A stretch of 64,000 nucleotides of DNA from Heteronotia binoei (taxonomy: Eukaryota): assembly GCF_032191835.1 (NCBI RefSeq), contig NC_083226.1, forward strand, positions 61,752,001-61,816,000, given 5' to 3'. The notes under the pieces are model-generated. The model saw only the letters and a list, made by a program, of their open reading frames with translations, had not been told where the DNA came from and did no database searches. Position numbers and translations under genes: made by a program. Below, piece by piece: positions 1 to 12,888 of the stretch; position 1 is the first letter of the stretch; the number at the start of each line of letters is the position of its first letter.

Positions 1-588
1 GGGGTAAGGGAAGGTAAACCAAATTCACAGAAGAGGGGAAGGAGAAAAAACATTTTTAAAATTGAGGCTGACTCCTGATTTGCAAGCCATGGACTGAAGG
101 GAGCCAGCTTCATGTCTACAGTAGACCTCAGTCAGTTATGGAGACGATGTTTAGGAGAGGAAGTACTCTGAAAGGCAGGCATATGGTTCACGCCACCATC
201 CTGCATTGTGATTGGAATAAATGCATAAGTATATAGCTGAGAGGGAGTTCACACAGCATTTTTGCTTACAGGCAGACTACAAGCCAAGGCGTTCTCAAAA
301 AAACCAGGTTGCTTACCTGTAACTGATGATCTTCGAGTGGTCATCTGTGCAGTCACACACATGGGTCTTGCCGCAGGCAACGGATCCATACCTCGGAGTC
401 TCCAATAGCTCGCCTAGAGCGTTTTTTGGCACGCTCTCCCGCTCGCCCTGGGGAGCAGGCATCGACTGCGCATGCCTAGAGCGAGCAGGAGGTGCCCCTC
501 CCACTCAGTTTCTTCCAGCCGCTACTGACAGTCTACAAAGGTAAAAAACAGAGCAGAAAAAGCCAGCAGAGGGGAAGACTGGATGGGC

Positions 589-684
589 GTGTGTGACTGC
601 ACAGATGACCACTCGAAGATCATCAATTACAGGTAAGCAACCTGTTTATCTTCATCGTGGTCTCTGTGCAGTCCCACACATGGG
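589..684. repeat. DIRS copy 1 internal complementary region (ICR)
   Basis: 589-644 is the reverse complement of terminus 305-360; 648-684 is the reverse complement of terminus ~6327-6363. Confidence 0.93.
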
Positions 685-782
685 TGACTAGCAAGCTGAA
701 AGTCAAAAAGGAAGGTGGTGCTGGCAAGAAAAAAAAACATTTTCATGGTTACAACATATGCATGCACTCACCTGGGGTGATT

Positions 783-1850
783 TCAGTGGAAGATGGACCT
801 GAGGACCGCTTGGCCGAAGGAGGCGTCCCGTCTGACACAAACGTCTAAAGCGTAGTGGGAGACGAACGTGGATGGTGAGGACCATGATCCAGCAGAGCAA
901 ACGTCCTCTAAGGAGACGCCCTCCAGAAAGGCCAAGGAGGTTGAGATTGCTCTAGTCGAGTGAGCCTTAAGACCCTCAGGTAAAGGTTGGTTAGCAACTT
1001 AGTAGCACAACCGGATTGCAATGGATACCCACTTAGAAAGTCTCTGGGTAGAAATTTTGCAACCTCTTTGAGGATTGCCGTAGGCCACAAACAAGTTAGG
1101 GTCCTTACGGAAAGGTTGTGTACGAGAGAGGTAAAAAGACAAAGCTCTTCTGGCATTGAGAATGTGTAGAGCTCTTTGTCCAGAGTCCTTAGGAACACGA
1201 AAAAACGTGGGCAATGAAGTAGAAGTTGAAAGATGAAATTTCAATACAACCTTGGGTAAGAAAGCAGGATCCGCTCTCAGGACCACCTTGTTCCTATGAA
1301 AAACTGTGTAAGGTGGGTCAGAGCAGAAAGCACACAAATCACTGGCACGCTTGCCAGAAGTGAGCGCAATCAATATGGCAGTCTTCCAAGAAAGAAGATT
1401 GAGGTCCACAGTAGCCAAGGGTTCAAACAGGGGTTTCATAAGTTGTGCAAGAATGACAAACTCCAAACTGGCACAATCAGTTTGATAGGAGGGTGAAGGT
1501 GCAACATGCCCCTGAGGAATGATTTGGACAGTCTATGGGAGAAAACAGTCTGACCATCAATAGGCTTATGGAAGGCTGAGATGGCTGAAAGGTGAACCTT
1601 CAGAGAGGAATAGCTGAGACCTGAAACCTTTAGAGACAGAAGGCATTCCAGGATCGAAGGGAGAGGTACAGACTGTGGATCAAGTTGTTGAGAAGACGCA
1701 AAAGAACAGAAACGCTTCCACTTGCATTGGTATGAGTGCCTGGTAGAAGGTTTTCTGGCATTTAGGATAACTTCTGCGACCCCTGGTGGTAAAATCAAAG
1801 CCGAATTCTCCATGTTGTGAGTTGCAGGATTTGGGGATTGTGGTGCCATA
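783..1850 (-). pseudogene. DIRS copy 1 tyrosine recombinase
   Basis: ARKPSTRHSYQCKWKRF, WKTAILIALTSGKRASDL, KAHSTRA (+ strand 950-975), FVSHYALDV; frameshifted. Confidence 0.9.
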
Positions 1851-3560
1851 CTTGGTCGTGATTTTGGGTGGAGATCGTCTGCCAAGGGAAGGCGGCGGTA
1901 GGTGTGATTCAACATCTGGAGTCTCATGAACCACGGTTGCCATGGCCACCATGGCGTTATCAGTATGCAATCTGTACTGTCCCGAATGATCTTGAGTAGG
2001 GATCGAGTAATTAGAGGAGTTGGGGGGAAAAGGTAATGAAGTGGACCAAGTGTGAAGGAAGGCATCATTGCCTCTCCTGGAGTAAAAGAGGGGGCATTTC
2101 GAATTGTCCTTCGTAGCAAAGACATCTATCCGTGGAAACCCGAAGCGATGCAGGTAACGTGGATTGAGAGACCATTCGTGGTCGTCTATGCGAATCTTGC
2201 TGAGAGATTGGCCAACACATTCTCTATCCCTGGCAGGTGAATGGCAGTCAGGTAGATGTTTTTGATGCACCACTCCCAAAGGACTATAGCTATGCGGTAC
2301 AGACAGACAGACCTGGTCCCGCCCTGCTTGTTCACATAAAAAACTGTGGCCATATTGTTGGTTGTGATCTGAACATGTTGGTCAGTTACAGACAGAAGAA
2401 AGGACTGAAGAGCCCTGTGAACAGCAATAAGTTCTAGGCAGTTTATATGCATAGCCCTCTCTGGTGCAGTCCACAGACCCCTAACAGTCTTGTCCTCTAA
2501 GTGGGTTCCCCATCCTCACTTGGAGGCATCTGTAGTCACGATGACAGAAGGAGGAGGAAGGACAAAAGGCATTCCTCAGAGTAGATTGTCTGGTACTGTC
2601 CACCAGAAAAGGGAGAGTTGAACTTTCTGAGGTACAGTGAGAACAGTATTCTGAGGTTGTACGTGTGGATGGTAGGCACGAACAAACCAAGGCTGGAGTG
2701 GCCGCATACGTAGTCTTGCAAAGCGAAGAACGGAGGTTGTTGCGGCCATGAGGCCCAGAAGACATTGAATGGTGATTGCAGGTTGTGTTGGAGCAAATAT
2801 GACCTCCTGGGCCAAAGACAGAATAGTCTGGGCGCGATCCATGGGAAGATAGACAAGGTGAGGGGAGGTGAAGGGACGAGCACCTATGAACTGTAGGTCC
2901 TGTGTTGGGGTAAGGTGAGACTTGGTAGCATTCACACACAGGCCCAAGGAGGCGAGAAGAGAGAGGGTTGTTTTGAGATTCTTCGCCAGTTGATGTGCTG
3001 TCGGGGCGATAAGCAACCAGTCGTCTATGTACGGGAACACAGGAATGTTGCGAAGACACAGGGCAGCTGCCACCACTGCCATGCATTTCGTGAACACCCT
3101 CGGGGCAATGGACAGCCCGAACGGAAGTGATCGATACTGGAAATGATGTTGTCCCATGGCAAAGCGAAGATATTTGCGGTGCTGAGGTCTGATGGTTATG
3201 TGGAAATAGGCATCCTGGAGATCCAGGGAGGCCATCCATGAATCCTGCGGAATTAAAGGTAGGATGGATTGGACGGAAATCATTCTGAATTTCTTGTAGA
3301 CTATCCACTTGTTTAGTCTCTTGAGATCCAGAATGGGTCTTTTGCCCCCGTCCCTCTTGGGAACTAGGAAATATCGTGAGTAGAAGCCTGTCCCTTGATG
3401 GTGATGAGGAACAGGTTTTATCGAATTTTTTTGGAGCAAGTCCACAATCTCTTGTTTGAGATGAGGGGACGGCGGGGTAACAACGAAATGGTGATGGCGA
3501 GGTGGCAAAACGAACTCAATGGCGTAACCTGGGCGAATTATGGTGAGCACCTAAGAGTCC
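1850..3560 (-). pseudogene. DIRS copy 1 pol: reverse transcriptase, RNase H, methyltransferase-like domain
   Basis: FYSRYFLVPKRDGGKRPILDL, SLDLQDAYFHI, LPFGLSIAPRVFTK, YIDDWL; RNase H HINCLELIAV...NNMATVFYVNKQGG; MT-like IDVFAT...FPP...CILITPWWPWQPWF. Confidence 0.92.
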
Positions 3561-3599
3561 ATGGTGATTGAGCTCCAAGTTGGATAGAACGGGAAGAGT

Positions 3600-5965
3600 C
3601 GTGTGTGATAAAGAGGATCCAGCTGTTGAGAAGGGTACAGAGGGAAGTCAAAGAGACTGCTTGGCTGGCTGGGTAGACTTCTTGGTCTGCTGAGAGCGTG
3701 ACTTCTGGTGGAAAGGTTGTTTTTGTTGAAGAGTTTTCCTCTTCCAGTACTCAGATTGTTTAAGAGAGCGTTGACACCTCTGAAAAGATGGTCTCCAAGG
3801 TCTAGGCCGGTTGAACTGTTGTGAGGCTATCTGAGAGACCCCAAGGCGTTTTGCCCTCTTGCGGCCGTCATCTACAGAAGTGAGGACATCATCGGTGGAG
3901 GCATGAAAGAGGCCAAGGCCATCAAAGGGAAGAGCTTCGATTTTCTGTTTTATGTCCGGTTGCAGATTTGTGGATCTGAGCCAAGCGTGCCGTCGAGTGC
4001 CACAGAAGATGCAAAAACCCTAGACGAATAAGAAACAACATGCCTGATAAAATTTATTTGCTGTTTGGAAACTCTTGAGAGCTCGTAGACTAAGTTGGAT
4101 GTGACCCTCTGAGAAGTTTCGGGGAGAGAAGGGATGAGAGATATAAATTGGTTGGCAAGATTGAAGGTATAGGCAGAGAAATAAGCCAGGTAATTGTTAA
4201 CCTTTGAATTAGTAGACGCAAGATTGTAGATTTTACGAGCCAGGGTCTCCAACTTCCAGCCCTCATGATCAGGTGTAGGGCGTCTAGAAGGCTTGGCTTT
4301 AGTTGCAGAGTGTACGATGATGGAATTTGGAGCTGGATGTGAGGCGAAAAATTTGGATTCTGGAGCATGTACCCTGTACAGGGAATCAAAGCGCTTCGAG
4401 GTAGGTGGAATGGAAGCAGGTTTGTCCCAGGCCTCACAAAGTCCCTCCAAATGCACTGGCAGCATAGGTAGGAGTGACCCTGACGGGAAATCCGCTTGAA
4501 CCAGATTGTGGACTACACCCGAAACCTTGGGTGAATCCGAAGGGAGAGTCACATTCAAGGCCTCAGCCATAGTGGTGATCAGATTAAGGTAGGCTTATGA
4601 ACCGTCAGATGGAGAGAGACGGGTTGGATGCATAGTATCAGAACCAGGAGAGCCAGGAGGGTTTTTGGAGTCAGAGAAGCCAGAACTGTCCTTGTCAGAT
4701 TCGGATTCCTCTGGTTTGGGTGGAGAAGCTAAAGGCTTGGTAGGTGCAGACGCATATACAGGGTCCTCGGAAGGAAGAGATTTTGAATGTGATGACAAAG
4801 CGGTCGAAGTCATGGCCAATGCTGAAAACATAGTGGTGCAAGCTGTGGCATGGGCTCGAGGCATATAAGACTCACGAAGAGGTTCACGGTCTCAAGAAGA
4901 GAGATACTCCAGGTCTCGGGTTCGAGAAGGCTCATGGTACCGAGGCGATTCGAAGTCACTAAGTCGAGCCATTGACACTTCACGGTCTCTGTGGGGCACA
5001 ATGTCCAGTTCACGGTACCGAGAGCACTGGAAAACTTCCTCCGAGGGGGAATGGGAGTAGCGATGGTAGACTTGACGGTGACGAGAAAATGGAGATCTGG
5101 AGACTGAGGAGTACTCATATCAACCTGTTTGGTAATAATCCCGGTAGTCACGGTAGACTGGTGAACGTGAACGGAAATCACGACGTCAAGCCAGTGAGCG
5201 AGAGCGGACATGTTGGGTGGAAACTTATGTCGAAGACTCCCGGTATAGAGGGGAAACTCCAATGTCCCGAAAAGAACCTGCTTGATGCAGAGACCAGGGA
5301 TGCTCTTGAGGAAGGGTCAGAGGATCCGAACGCGCGTCGGGTTCGAGGATGTCAAACGGCATGACACTATGGACCAAGGGTGAACGAGACCGAACCGGAA
5401 TGACCTCGACTGGAGCTGGAGAATGAGGAGTGAGATGAAGCATGTCTGAAATGACGTCGGAAGGCGCCGAGAGCTCTAGTAGAACTAGCGGTTGGGTTGA
5501 GACCAATTGGGTGGAAACCGTAGCCATAGTTGTCGAGATGGTAGCTGTCGAGGTGGTAGCCCTCGGAAAAGTCGTCGGAGTCGACCTTGTCGGATCGCAA
5601 GATTTCTTTGGAGCCAAGGCTGATTAATCGGTTTGGTGAGACTTCTTCGAAGACTTATGGCCGGTGTCAGAGTTCTTGGATGCTCTCTTGTCAGACTTAT
5701 GCTTCTTGAGGGGTTGAGGAGCAGCCGAATCTCCCACTTGGTGTGGGGGAGGTGGCGAATCAGAGCTGGGCATGGCCCGGAGAGATTTTTCAAGCAGAAA
5801 ACTTTGGCGTCTAGCCGCTCGATTTTTTTCGCACCTCTTTACCGAAGCTGGCGCAGTGGGGGTAAGAGCTTCAACCAAGCAAAAAAGACAGTAAGAGTCT
5901 CCGTCTGAAGTAGGGATTTTAGATTCACACCTCCGACACTTTTTTAAAGTAATTTTCCCCTCCAT
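3600..5965 (-). pseudogene. DIRS copy 1 ORF1 (gag-like: N-terminal Cys/His finger, Ser/Arg-rich region, LAP2alpha-like domain), broken
   Basis: KKCRRCESKIPTSDGDSYCLFCL at the N-terminus; ORF 3950-4570 resembles the LAP2alpha-like gag region of vertebrate DIRS; split over several frames. Confidence 0.8.
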
Positions 5966-6368
5966 ACGCTCCGGACAAGGGAGGGGAAGGGAAGCGGGAA
6001 AATAAAGGGAAAGGAAAGCGCAGAAACAAGGGCTTTTTATTTTATTTTATAAGGACGAAAAAGACAGGGCAGAAATGGAGATAAAGAGAAAAAAAGAATA
6101 CGATACCACAGGCAGGAGAAGACGAGCTGAGGAGAGAGGAACGCAGCAAAGTAGGTGTTGTCCAGGCAGTGGAAAGGAAGAAACTGAGTGGGAGGGGCGC
6201 CTCCTGCTCGCTCCAGGCATGCGCAGTCGATGCCTGCTCCCCAGGGCAAGTGGGAGAGCGCGCCAAAAAATGCTCTAGGTGAGCTATTGGAGACTCCGAG
6301 GTATGGATCCGTTGCCTGCGGCAAGACCCATGTGTGGGACCGCACAGAGACCACGATGAAGATCTGCA

Positions 6369-6440
6369 GGTTTATTTATTTATTCTATGACTTATATCCC
6401 GCCCTTCCCATAAAATGGCTCAGGGCGGCTCACAACAAAC
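6369..6440 (-). mobile_element. 3' tail of an L2-type LINE or partner SINE
   Basis: Reverse complement of ttgtgagccgccctgagcc...gggaagggcgggatataag...(aata)n; same tail type as 60075-60125. Confidence 0.65.
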
Positions 6441-6700
6441 GATAAAACAATAAACAAAGTGCAAAATTATTACAATTAAAAAGTCAAAGCATTTAAAAAC
6501 CTTAAAATCTTAATTAAAAGTTTAAGAAATGAATGCTTTTAAATCAGAAAGTTCTTGCACATGTGTGGTCTGGCAGCTCAGGAGAGATGGGGAGGCAATA
6601 TTAAGTTCTTTAAGATACTGAATGCGGAGAATAGAGAGCCTCAATTACTACATTCTAGCATATTTGGTGAGACTGAAATGTTGTGTTTTGATCTTTATTA

Positions 6701-6964
<264 letters not shown>

Positions 6965-7110
6965 TCAAAGCAAGTAAACAGACTGATTTAGAACTTCATG
7001 TTACTAAACAGTTTTAAATGTTAGCAAGCATTCCTCATAAACTACAAAAATATATATGGTACAAAACAGGTTCCTTCATGGAGGGAGCAGGCATTTCAAA
7101 TTAGACTCAC

Positions 7111-7211
7111 TCAATAATTTGTTTAGCATCTCGCTCAGAAACATCTTCACTGTTTGGATCCAGGTGGATCTTCTCATCTGTCTCTTGCCTACTTGAGTCT
7201 TCATCATCATC
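7111..7211 (-). CDS. SMARCA2: SMARCA2 coding exon
   Basis: cctgcag| ... |gtgagt; 101 nt; [33 protein letters not shown](E). Confidence 0.95.
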
Positions 7212-8043
7212 CTGCAGGAAAGAACAGCCCAGGTGCCATAACTACAGCATTAGTCAGAACTAGTTAAAAGCAAAATTATATTTTTCATGATAATTTGTAT
7301 TTTTTATTTAAACAATTGTGTCTTAACAAACAGTGCTATCATTGTCATAATGTTTCTGTTAGTTTTATAGGCACTCTGTATCAGAATTTTCAAAACATTG
7401 TAAGATCTTTCTTGCTTCCCCCATTTTTAAAATAAGGAGAATTTTTTTTCATATGTTCCAGACACCTGTCATGGGGTATTACATTTTGAGAGAGTTTCTT
7501 CAGATCATAATCTAAGGGGGGGGGGGAATACTTATACAGTGCCATATGTCTGCTTGCATGCCTGTCCCCTCCCCCCCCCTCTATATAAAATATGACAATT
7601 TTTCATTAAACCCCCCCCCCCCCAAATCCAAGCATATTCTGATACTATATTAAAATTCTTAAACTGCATCAAGCTTTCTCCTATTGCTGCTCTGATTTCC
7701 ACTTTTTATACTGTCAGCTACTTGAATGCTCTCATTTCATTTGTAAGAGACAGGGGTGAATGGGAGGTGACACATATGAGCACAACCAAGATGTGCCTGA
7801 GGTTAAGAGCCTTATATTTGGTATAAATACAGGAGTTCCCAATAAGCATGGACTACTTCTATAGTTTAACTCTATAGTTAAACAGACTTTACAGCTCAAA
7901 AGGCTGCATCTCTCCCAAATCTGAGGCTTGAACCCAATTTGTTGGTCTTTTGAGCTGGTAACTTAGAGTTCATTGTGTTCACAGAAGAAAAAGAAAGACT
8001 GATTGTGTTAAGTGGACTTGCCACAAAATTCTCAAACGAACCT

Positions 8044-8132
8044 TACAGTGCCATCCTAAGCAGAGTTACACCTTTCCAAGTCCACTGACATCAGTGGTCT
8101 TAGAGGGGTGTAACTCTGCATAGCATAGCACT
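8044..8132. mobile_element. Short palindromic MITE-like element
   Basis: agtgccatcctaagcagagttacacc ... ggtgtaactctgcatagcatagcact, an imperfect inverted repeat; related remnants near 45268-45330, 57925-57980, 62780-62835. Confidence 0.55.
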
Positions 8133-8860
8133 TTAAATCTGCAGCACCCTCATAGCATATGACTGATGCTCAACAAAACTGATCTTGATACAGGATGGGA
8201 AAGGCAATAACAGAAATCAGCTTTATTCCATGAACAGAATCCTTTTCACCTTTCTTTAGAGTCAGAGCAAAGTATCTTTCAAAGAGTAACACGAATTAAT
8301 CAAAGTACACTCTGTCCCCATTGCTTGTCAATAACACCTATTTTCCTAGCTGTTGCTTAACAACACTTTTAAATACAGTTTTGCATATTGATGAATCCAG
8401 GCTTGATTGCTAAAGTGACAGGACATACCAATAGCTGCATTTCATATTTTCGCTCTCCTATCTGAAGCATCATTGTATTTTAATGAGGGACTGATTAAAA
8501 GGATAACATAAACAAATCTACTTATATGAAGATAAAAAATTGATTCAAGTAGACAGGACACTTGCTGTGCTGAACAATGGCAACTAGTATCTGCTTTAAT
8601 AGAGGATCTAAAAATGAAAACCTCATTGCTTATTGTGATTCATGGCCATTCTTAATTGAGAGAAATATGTATTCCTTCAGTGCATCTACTCTACCTTCCC
8701 TGTTAATTAATAGGTTTATAATACAACAGTTTCCCACCCATCACTTTGAAGATTCTTGTTTATACCAGAAAACCCAAACAAATTAGCATTAACTTGTGGC
8801 TCCTGTTACTGTTATGATAGAAAGGAAAAAAAATGATGCTTAAACTTTATTTTAGAGTTA

Positions 8861-9861
8861 CCGTATTTGCCGGCGTATAAGGCGACTGGGCGTATAAGAC
8901 GACCCCCCAACATTTCTTACAGGAACTGGAGATTTGAACCGAAACCCATTATTATTAGAAACACCAGCCACAGTTCTAATCTCTATTTGCTATTTAGTCA
9001 CCATTCCTATTTATTATTATTATTATTACGTCTATCTCCTCCTTCCCTCCCGCCTTCCCAGAAACTCTCCTCAAGAAACATTGGACGAAAAGGAAAGAAA
9101 GGAGCTCCACCAATGCGCATGAGCTTTCTGCGCTCCCTCAGGGTGGGACAATGTTTATGTTTGAGGCGAGGGGCGGAAAACGAAAAGGGGGGCCTCGCTG
9201 CGCAGGCGCAGTTGCGTCCCGTTGTCAGCCGCTTTGACACACGAAAGGGGTGTGGGGAGGCTAGGTAGAAAAGGAGGAAACGAGAGAGAGAGAGAGAGAG
9301 AGACAGAGCGCTCCCGCCCGCATGGTGACATGACATCAGCGCGCCCCGTGCTCGGGGTCCGGTGGGCTCTGATCCCTTCTCCCCCCCGCCGTCCCTTCCC
9401 GCATGGGTGCGCGCGAGAGCCAAAGGGGGAGGGTTGAGCGCCTGTCAGTGAGTGAGTGAGGCGCTGCTGGCTGGGGCGGCGGTGGGCCTCCTTCCCCTTC
9501 CCTCTCCCTATGGCTGGGCTGCTGAGGCGCTGAGGGAAGGGTCCGGGCGCGAAGCGGAGCATGTGGGGACGGGGGCCATGAGCGCAGCAGCCTCCGCCTC
9601 GTCCTGTACAGGCTCCGGTGCCGGCGGCTTCTTCCTCTTCCCGAGTGGCACCGGCGACGAGCCCTGCGTGGCCATGGGGCCAGGCGAGAGCGCGGCCGGC
9701 TTCTGGGCGCTGCTCTTGCCGCTGCCGCCGCATCCCGTAGCCTCCTCAGGGCTTCCTTCCTCGGGCAGCGGCGGAGTGCACCCGGCGTATAAGACGACCC
9801 CCCCCACTTGGAGGCATGTTTTTCGGGGCAAAAAAGTCGTCTTGTACGCCGGCAAATACGG
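8861..9861. mobile_element. Non-autonomous Tc1/mariner-group (Tc2-like) DNA transposon with GC-rich cargo
   Basis: TA|ccgtatttgccggcgtataag ... cttgtacgccggcaaatacgg|TA; TA TSD at 8859-60 and 9862-63; subterminal repeat ggcgtataagacgacccccc near both ends. Confidence 0.88.
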
Positions 9862-10018
9862 TAGTTTTCTGCTTTTTATCATGCAATATTATAATATTGC
9901 TTATTTTAACAGTTATAGCTACTTTTGCATGCTTCTCAATTAGTAAGTGAATTTTTTTTAAAAAAATTACAATTATAAATTTAAAAAATACATCTACCAA
10001 AGTGTGGCATTCACTTAC

Positions 10019-10079
10019 TTCCTCCTCATACTCAGAGCCACTTTCTTCCTCACTGTCTGAACGAGGAGCAACTTCATAG
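10019..10079 (-). CDS. SMARCA2: SMARCA2 coding exon (BRK end/acidic)
   Basis: catcag| ... |gtaagt; 61 nt; (G)YEVAPRSDSEEESGSEYEEE. Confidence 0.95.
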
Positions 10080-10226
10080 CTGATGGGAAGAAAGAAAAAA
10101 GTGAAATGCAGACCCCCAAACATAAATGTGCACTTCAAAAGGCAAAGAATCCGCAAATACAGAAATGTAACACAAAAAAAACATAAAAGTGCAATGTTAT
10201 TTTTTTGGCTGACTTCTGGCTACTTA

Positions 10227-10433
<207 letters not shown>

Positions 10434-10534
10434 TCAGTCTTCAAGGGAAACTTCTTCCAATTCCAAAACAGGTGACAATCAGCATGAACCAAAACCATTC
10501 AGAAGCTTGGTTTTAGTATATGATATACACAGAC

Positions 10535-10843
10535 CAGGAGTGGCCAAACTTGTTTAATGTCTGCCAAATGTTTAAGAGCCACAAGACATGAACATCGTAG
10601 GTAGGTAGGATAGAATGGAAGATGGAAGAAGATAGAGAGAGAGAGAGAGAGAGAGATGAGAGAGAGGTGTAAAGAAACCAACTTTAACTTTAAAAGTATT
10701 CTCCAAGCTGCTGGCTGGCTTGGCTTGGAGAAGTGATTTAAAGGGATAAATGCCTTTTCCAACCTGGCTGATGGAATGGTGGGTGCTTCAAAAGCCACAC
10801 AATATGTGTGAAAGAGCCACAAGCCGCAGTTTGGCCAGTTCTG
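10535..10843. mobile_element. hAT-like MITE containing a (GA)n tract
   Basis: TIRs caggagtggccaaact / agtttggccagttctg; no clean TSD. Confidence 0.65.
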
Positions 10844-11792
10844 GTCTATCAAGTACACAAAGCCAAGGTGTCAGGAGTATATTTATGTCCAAAATAGCAA
10901 CATTCATTTCTATTTCTTTGTTGCCATTTATATACAAAAGAATTTATTTAATAATTGCACTTTAAAGCTTAATATTTCTTAATGAACAGTATTTCAACAT
11001 ATTTAACAAATCTCAAAGGGGGGGGGGGTTAAACACTGATTCCTTCTGGGGTTTTTTTTACTGCTAATGAGTGCCTGAATGTCTCCCCTATTAGCTTTCC
11101 TCAAAACAAGAAGAGACTTTTAAAAATCACACTTTTTGTCATATTATCAGCATAAGATGACAAATACACATGCATCCAGATAAACCTACTACAGACCTTT
11201 ATAGCATGCTCATTAGTGAGATAGCTCATTAACTGCAAGGGCACTAATTAAAATCTTCAATTAGTTGTGTCAGACAAAGTGTCTTCCATTAAACCAATTT
11301 ACTATACATTTTATTGCATGCCAGAAAAGACAGCAGTATGTATAGCTACTTGTGTATGTTTGCTTGATGAGTTAGGGTGTAACAATCCAATCTGCAAAAT
11401 CAGCTATGGACCATGTTAAAAAGTCTGCCTTTATTTGTGAAGGAAAAAAGATAAACAGGGTTGCAGTGTGAAATGTGAACAAAGTACAGCTGAATCTAGA
11501 GTTTAGGCTTTTGAACACTGTCATATGTATGGATTTTACTCTGAAATACAATTTCTAGTTACATAAACTTCTAAATTGTATTATTTCAGAAAACAAACCA
11601 TAAACATTTTTACTCCAAGATCATTTCTTTATTTATATCGAACCTCTATGCGAGACTATTAATTTCACAAACAAATCACTCCTTTAAAGTTTATACTTGC
11701 TTGCTGCAAATTCGCAAGGTTCATGAACAAAAATTCAATGTTAATTTTTATCAATCTTTGTATAATGAATTTATTATTCTAATACTATTTAC

Positions 11793-12282
11793 TAGGGATG
11801 GCAACAAACAGGCACACAAACCAAAATTTGAGCTGGTTTGGAGCTTGGGAAGCAATTTGGAGAAGGCAATTCCACAAACATTTATCAGATTTTTGGCCAG
11901 TTCAGCTGGTTGAGGCTTCAGTCTCTTTCTGACAGCTCAGGCTCCCTGCACAGCCCCCTTAAAAGACTGCTTGAGGGAGCCCAAGACCAGCAGAAAGCAG
12001 GTGAAATGCCTCCTATGAGGCACTTCACCCCATATTTAACCCTGTAGTTTGCTCCCTCCCCCTTCTAAGTGATGGGGACTGCAAAACTGGAGGGTTAAAT
12101 GGCTGGCAGCCATTTAAACATAGCATCTGAGAGGGGAACCCTGCTGTTAAGCCATTAGGTTTAAATGAAATCCCCTTCCTGGGCAATCCCCATCCCTTTT
12201 TCTGCAGCTGGGAGAAAGCAGGACCTGAACTCGATGGACCATTCTGGTTTGTGAGGGTATGGTTCGATTCAGGGTTTGGCCC
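11793..12282. mobile_element. Probable non-autonomous DNA element (tagggatggc... type)
   Basis: Starts tagggatggcaacaaac; similar start and gaacc/ggttc motifs at 37110 and 61498; boundaries approximate. Confidence 0.45.
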
Positions 12283-12495
12283 ATGAACACATGAAGCTGC
12301 CTTATACTGAATCAGACTCTTGGTCCATCAAAATCAGTATCGTCTACTCAGACTGGCAGCAGCGTTCCAGGGTCTCGAGTTGAGGTTTTTCACGCCTACT
12401 TACGTGGACCTTTTTTAGCTGGAGATGCTAGGGATTGAACCTGGGACCTTCTGCTTACCAAGCAGATGCTCTACCACTGAGCCACCATCCCTCCC
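12282..12495 (-). mobile_element. tRNA-derived SINE (Squam3-like)
   Basis: Minus strand ggctcagtggtagagcatctgcttggtaagcagaaggtcccaggttcaatccc (A/B boxes), ending cagtataaggcagcttcatgtgttcatg. Confidence 0.85.
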
Positions 12496-12834
12496 AATGG
12501 GCCATTTCAGACCCCAAACCACCCTTTTCAGGTTCATGCTGATCCTTACTATTTATCTTTCATCTTCAAGATCAGACAAGATAATGCTGCTCATTTTACC
12601 ACTTTAGTATGAAAGCCTCAAATCTTTTTTTTTTGTATTTTTATATTTCTATAAATTATCTTACAGGAATTCATAAAATTTATAGACTCAATCCTAAAGT
12701 CTATAATAAGGCCAACAGTTTATGTGAATTCGCCGTGTTCTTTTTCCTTTGACATTGCTGTACACACTTGGATTATGGCCAATGTTCATTATGCACTGAG
12801 ACATATGCCTTCTAAATAGAACCAAAATTCTTAC

Positions 12835-12888
12835 CTCTCCATCGGGACCAAGTCCAGATCCCATTCCTTCTGTATTATCTTCTGTCTT
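12835..12888 (-). CDS. SMARCA2: SMARCA2 coding exon (54 nt linker)
   Basis: ttttacag| ... |gtaaga; KTEDNTEGMGSGLGPDGE, aligning to recalled human KAEENAEGGESALGPDGE. Confidence 0.92.

Larger units (their letters stand above)
305..6363 (-). mobile_element. DIRS1-type tyrosine-recombinase retrotransposon, copy 1 (full length, degenerate)
   Basis: Canonical DIRS1 architecture: left ITR 6176-6363 and right ITR 361-516 (about 7 mismatches, mostly CpG transitions); ICR 589-684 complementary to both termini; gag, RT/RNase H/MT and YR with frameshifts. Confidence 0.95.

Noticed and set aside
305-684. Recurring ~55-bp repeat (also 13305, 13564, 29740, 29994) as a CRISPR-like array
   Set aside because: Copies are inverted and dispersed, and are explained by DIRS terminus/ICR architecture; no spacers, eukaryotic context.
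305-6363. DIRS as a self-removing, introner-like intron
   Set aside because: On the sense strand the element starts atcttc (no GT/GC) and the donor is at its 3' end, so it cannot be spliced out as a unit.
9452-9943. GC-rich ORFs inside the Tc2 MITE as real genes
   Set aside because: Several overlapping frames are open because of high GC; no recognisable product, so kept only as a cargo hypothesis.
12420-12495. tRNA genes (also 45480-45534, 62140-62215)
   Set aside because: A/B boxes continue into SINE bodies and tails; no complete cloverleaf evident.
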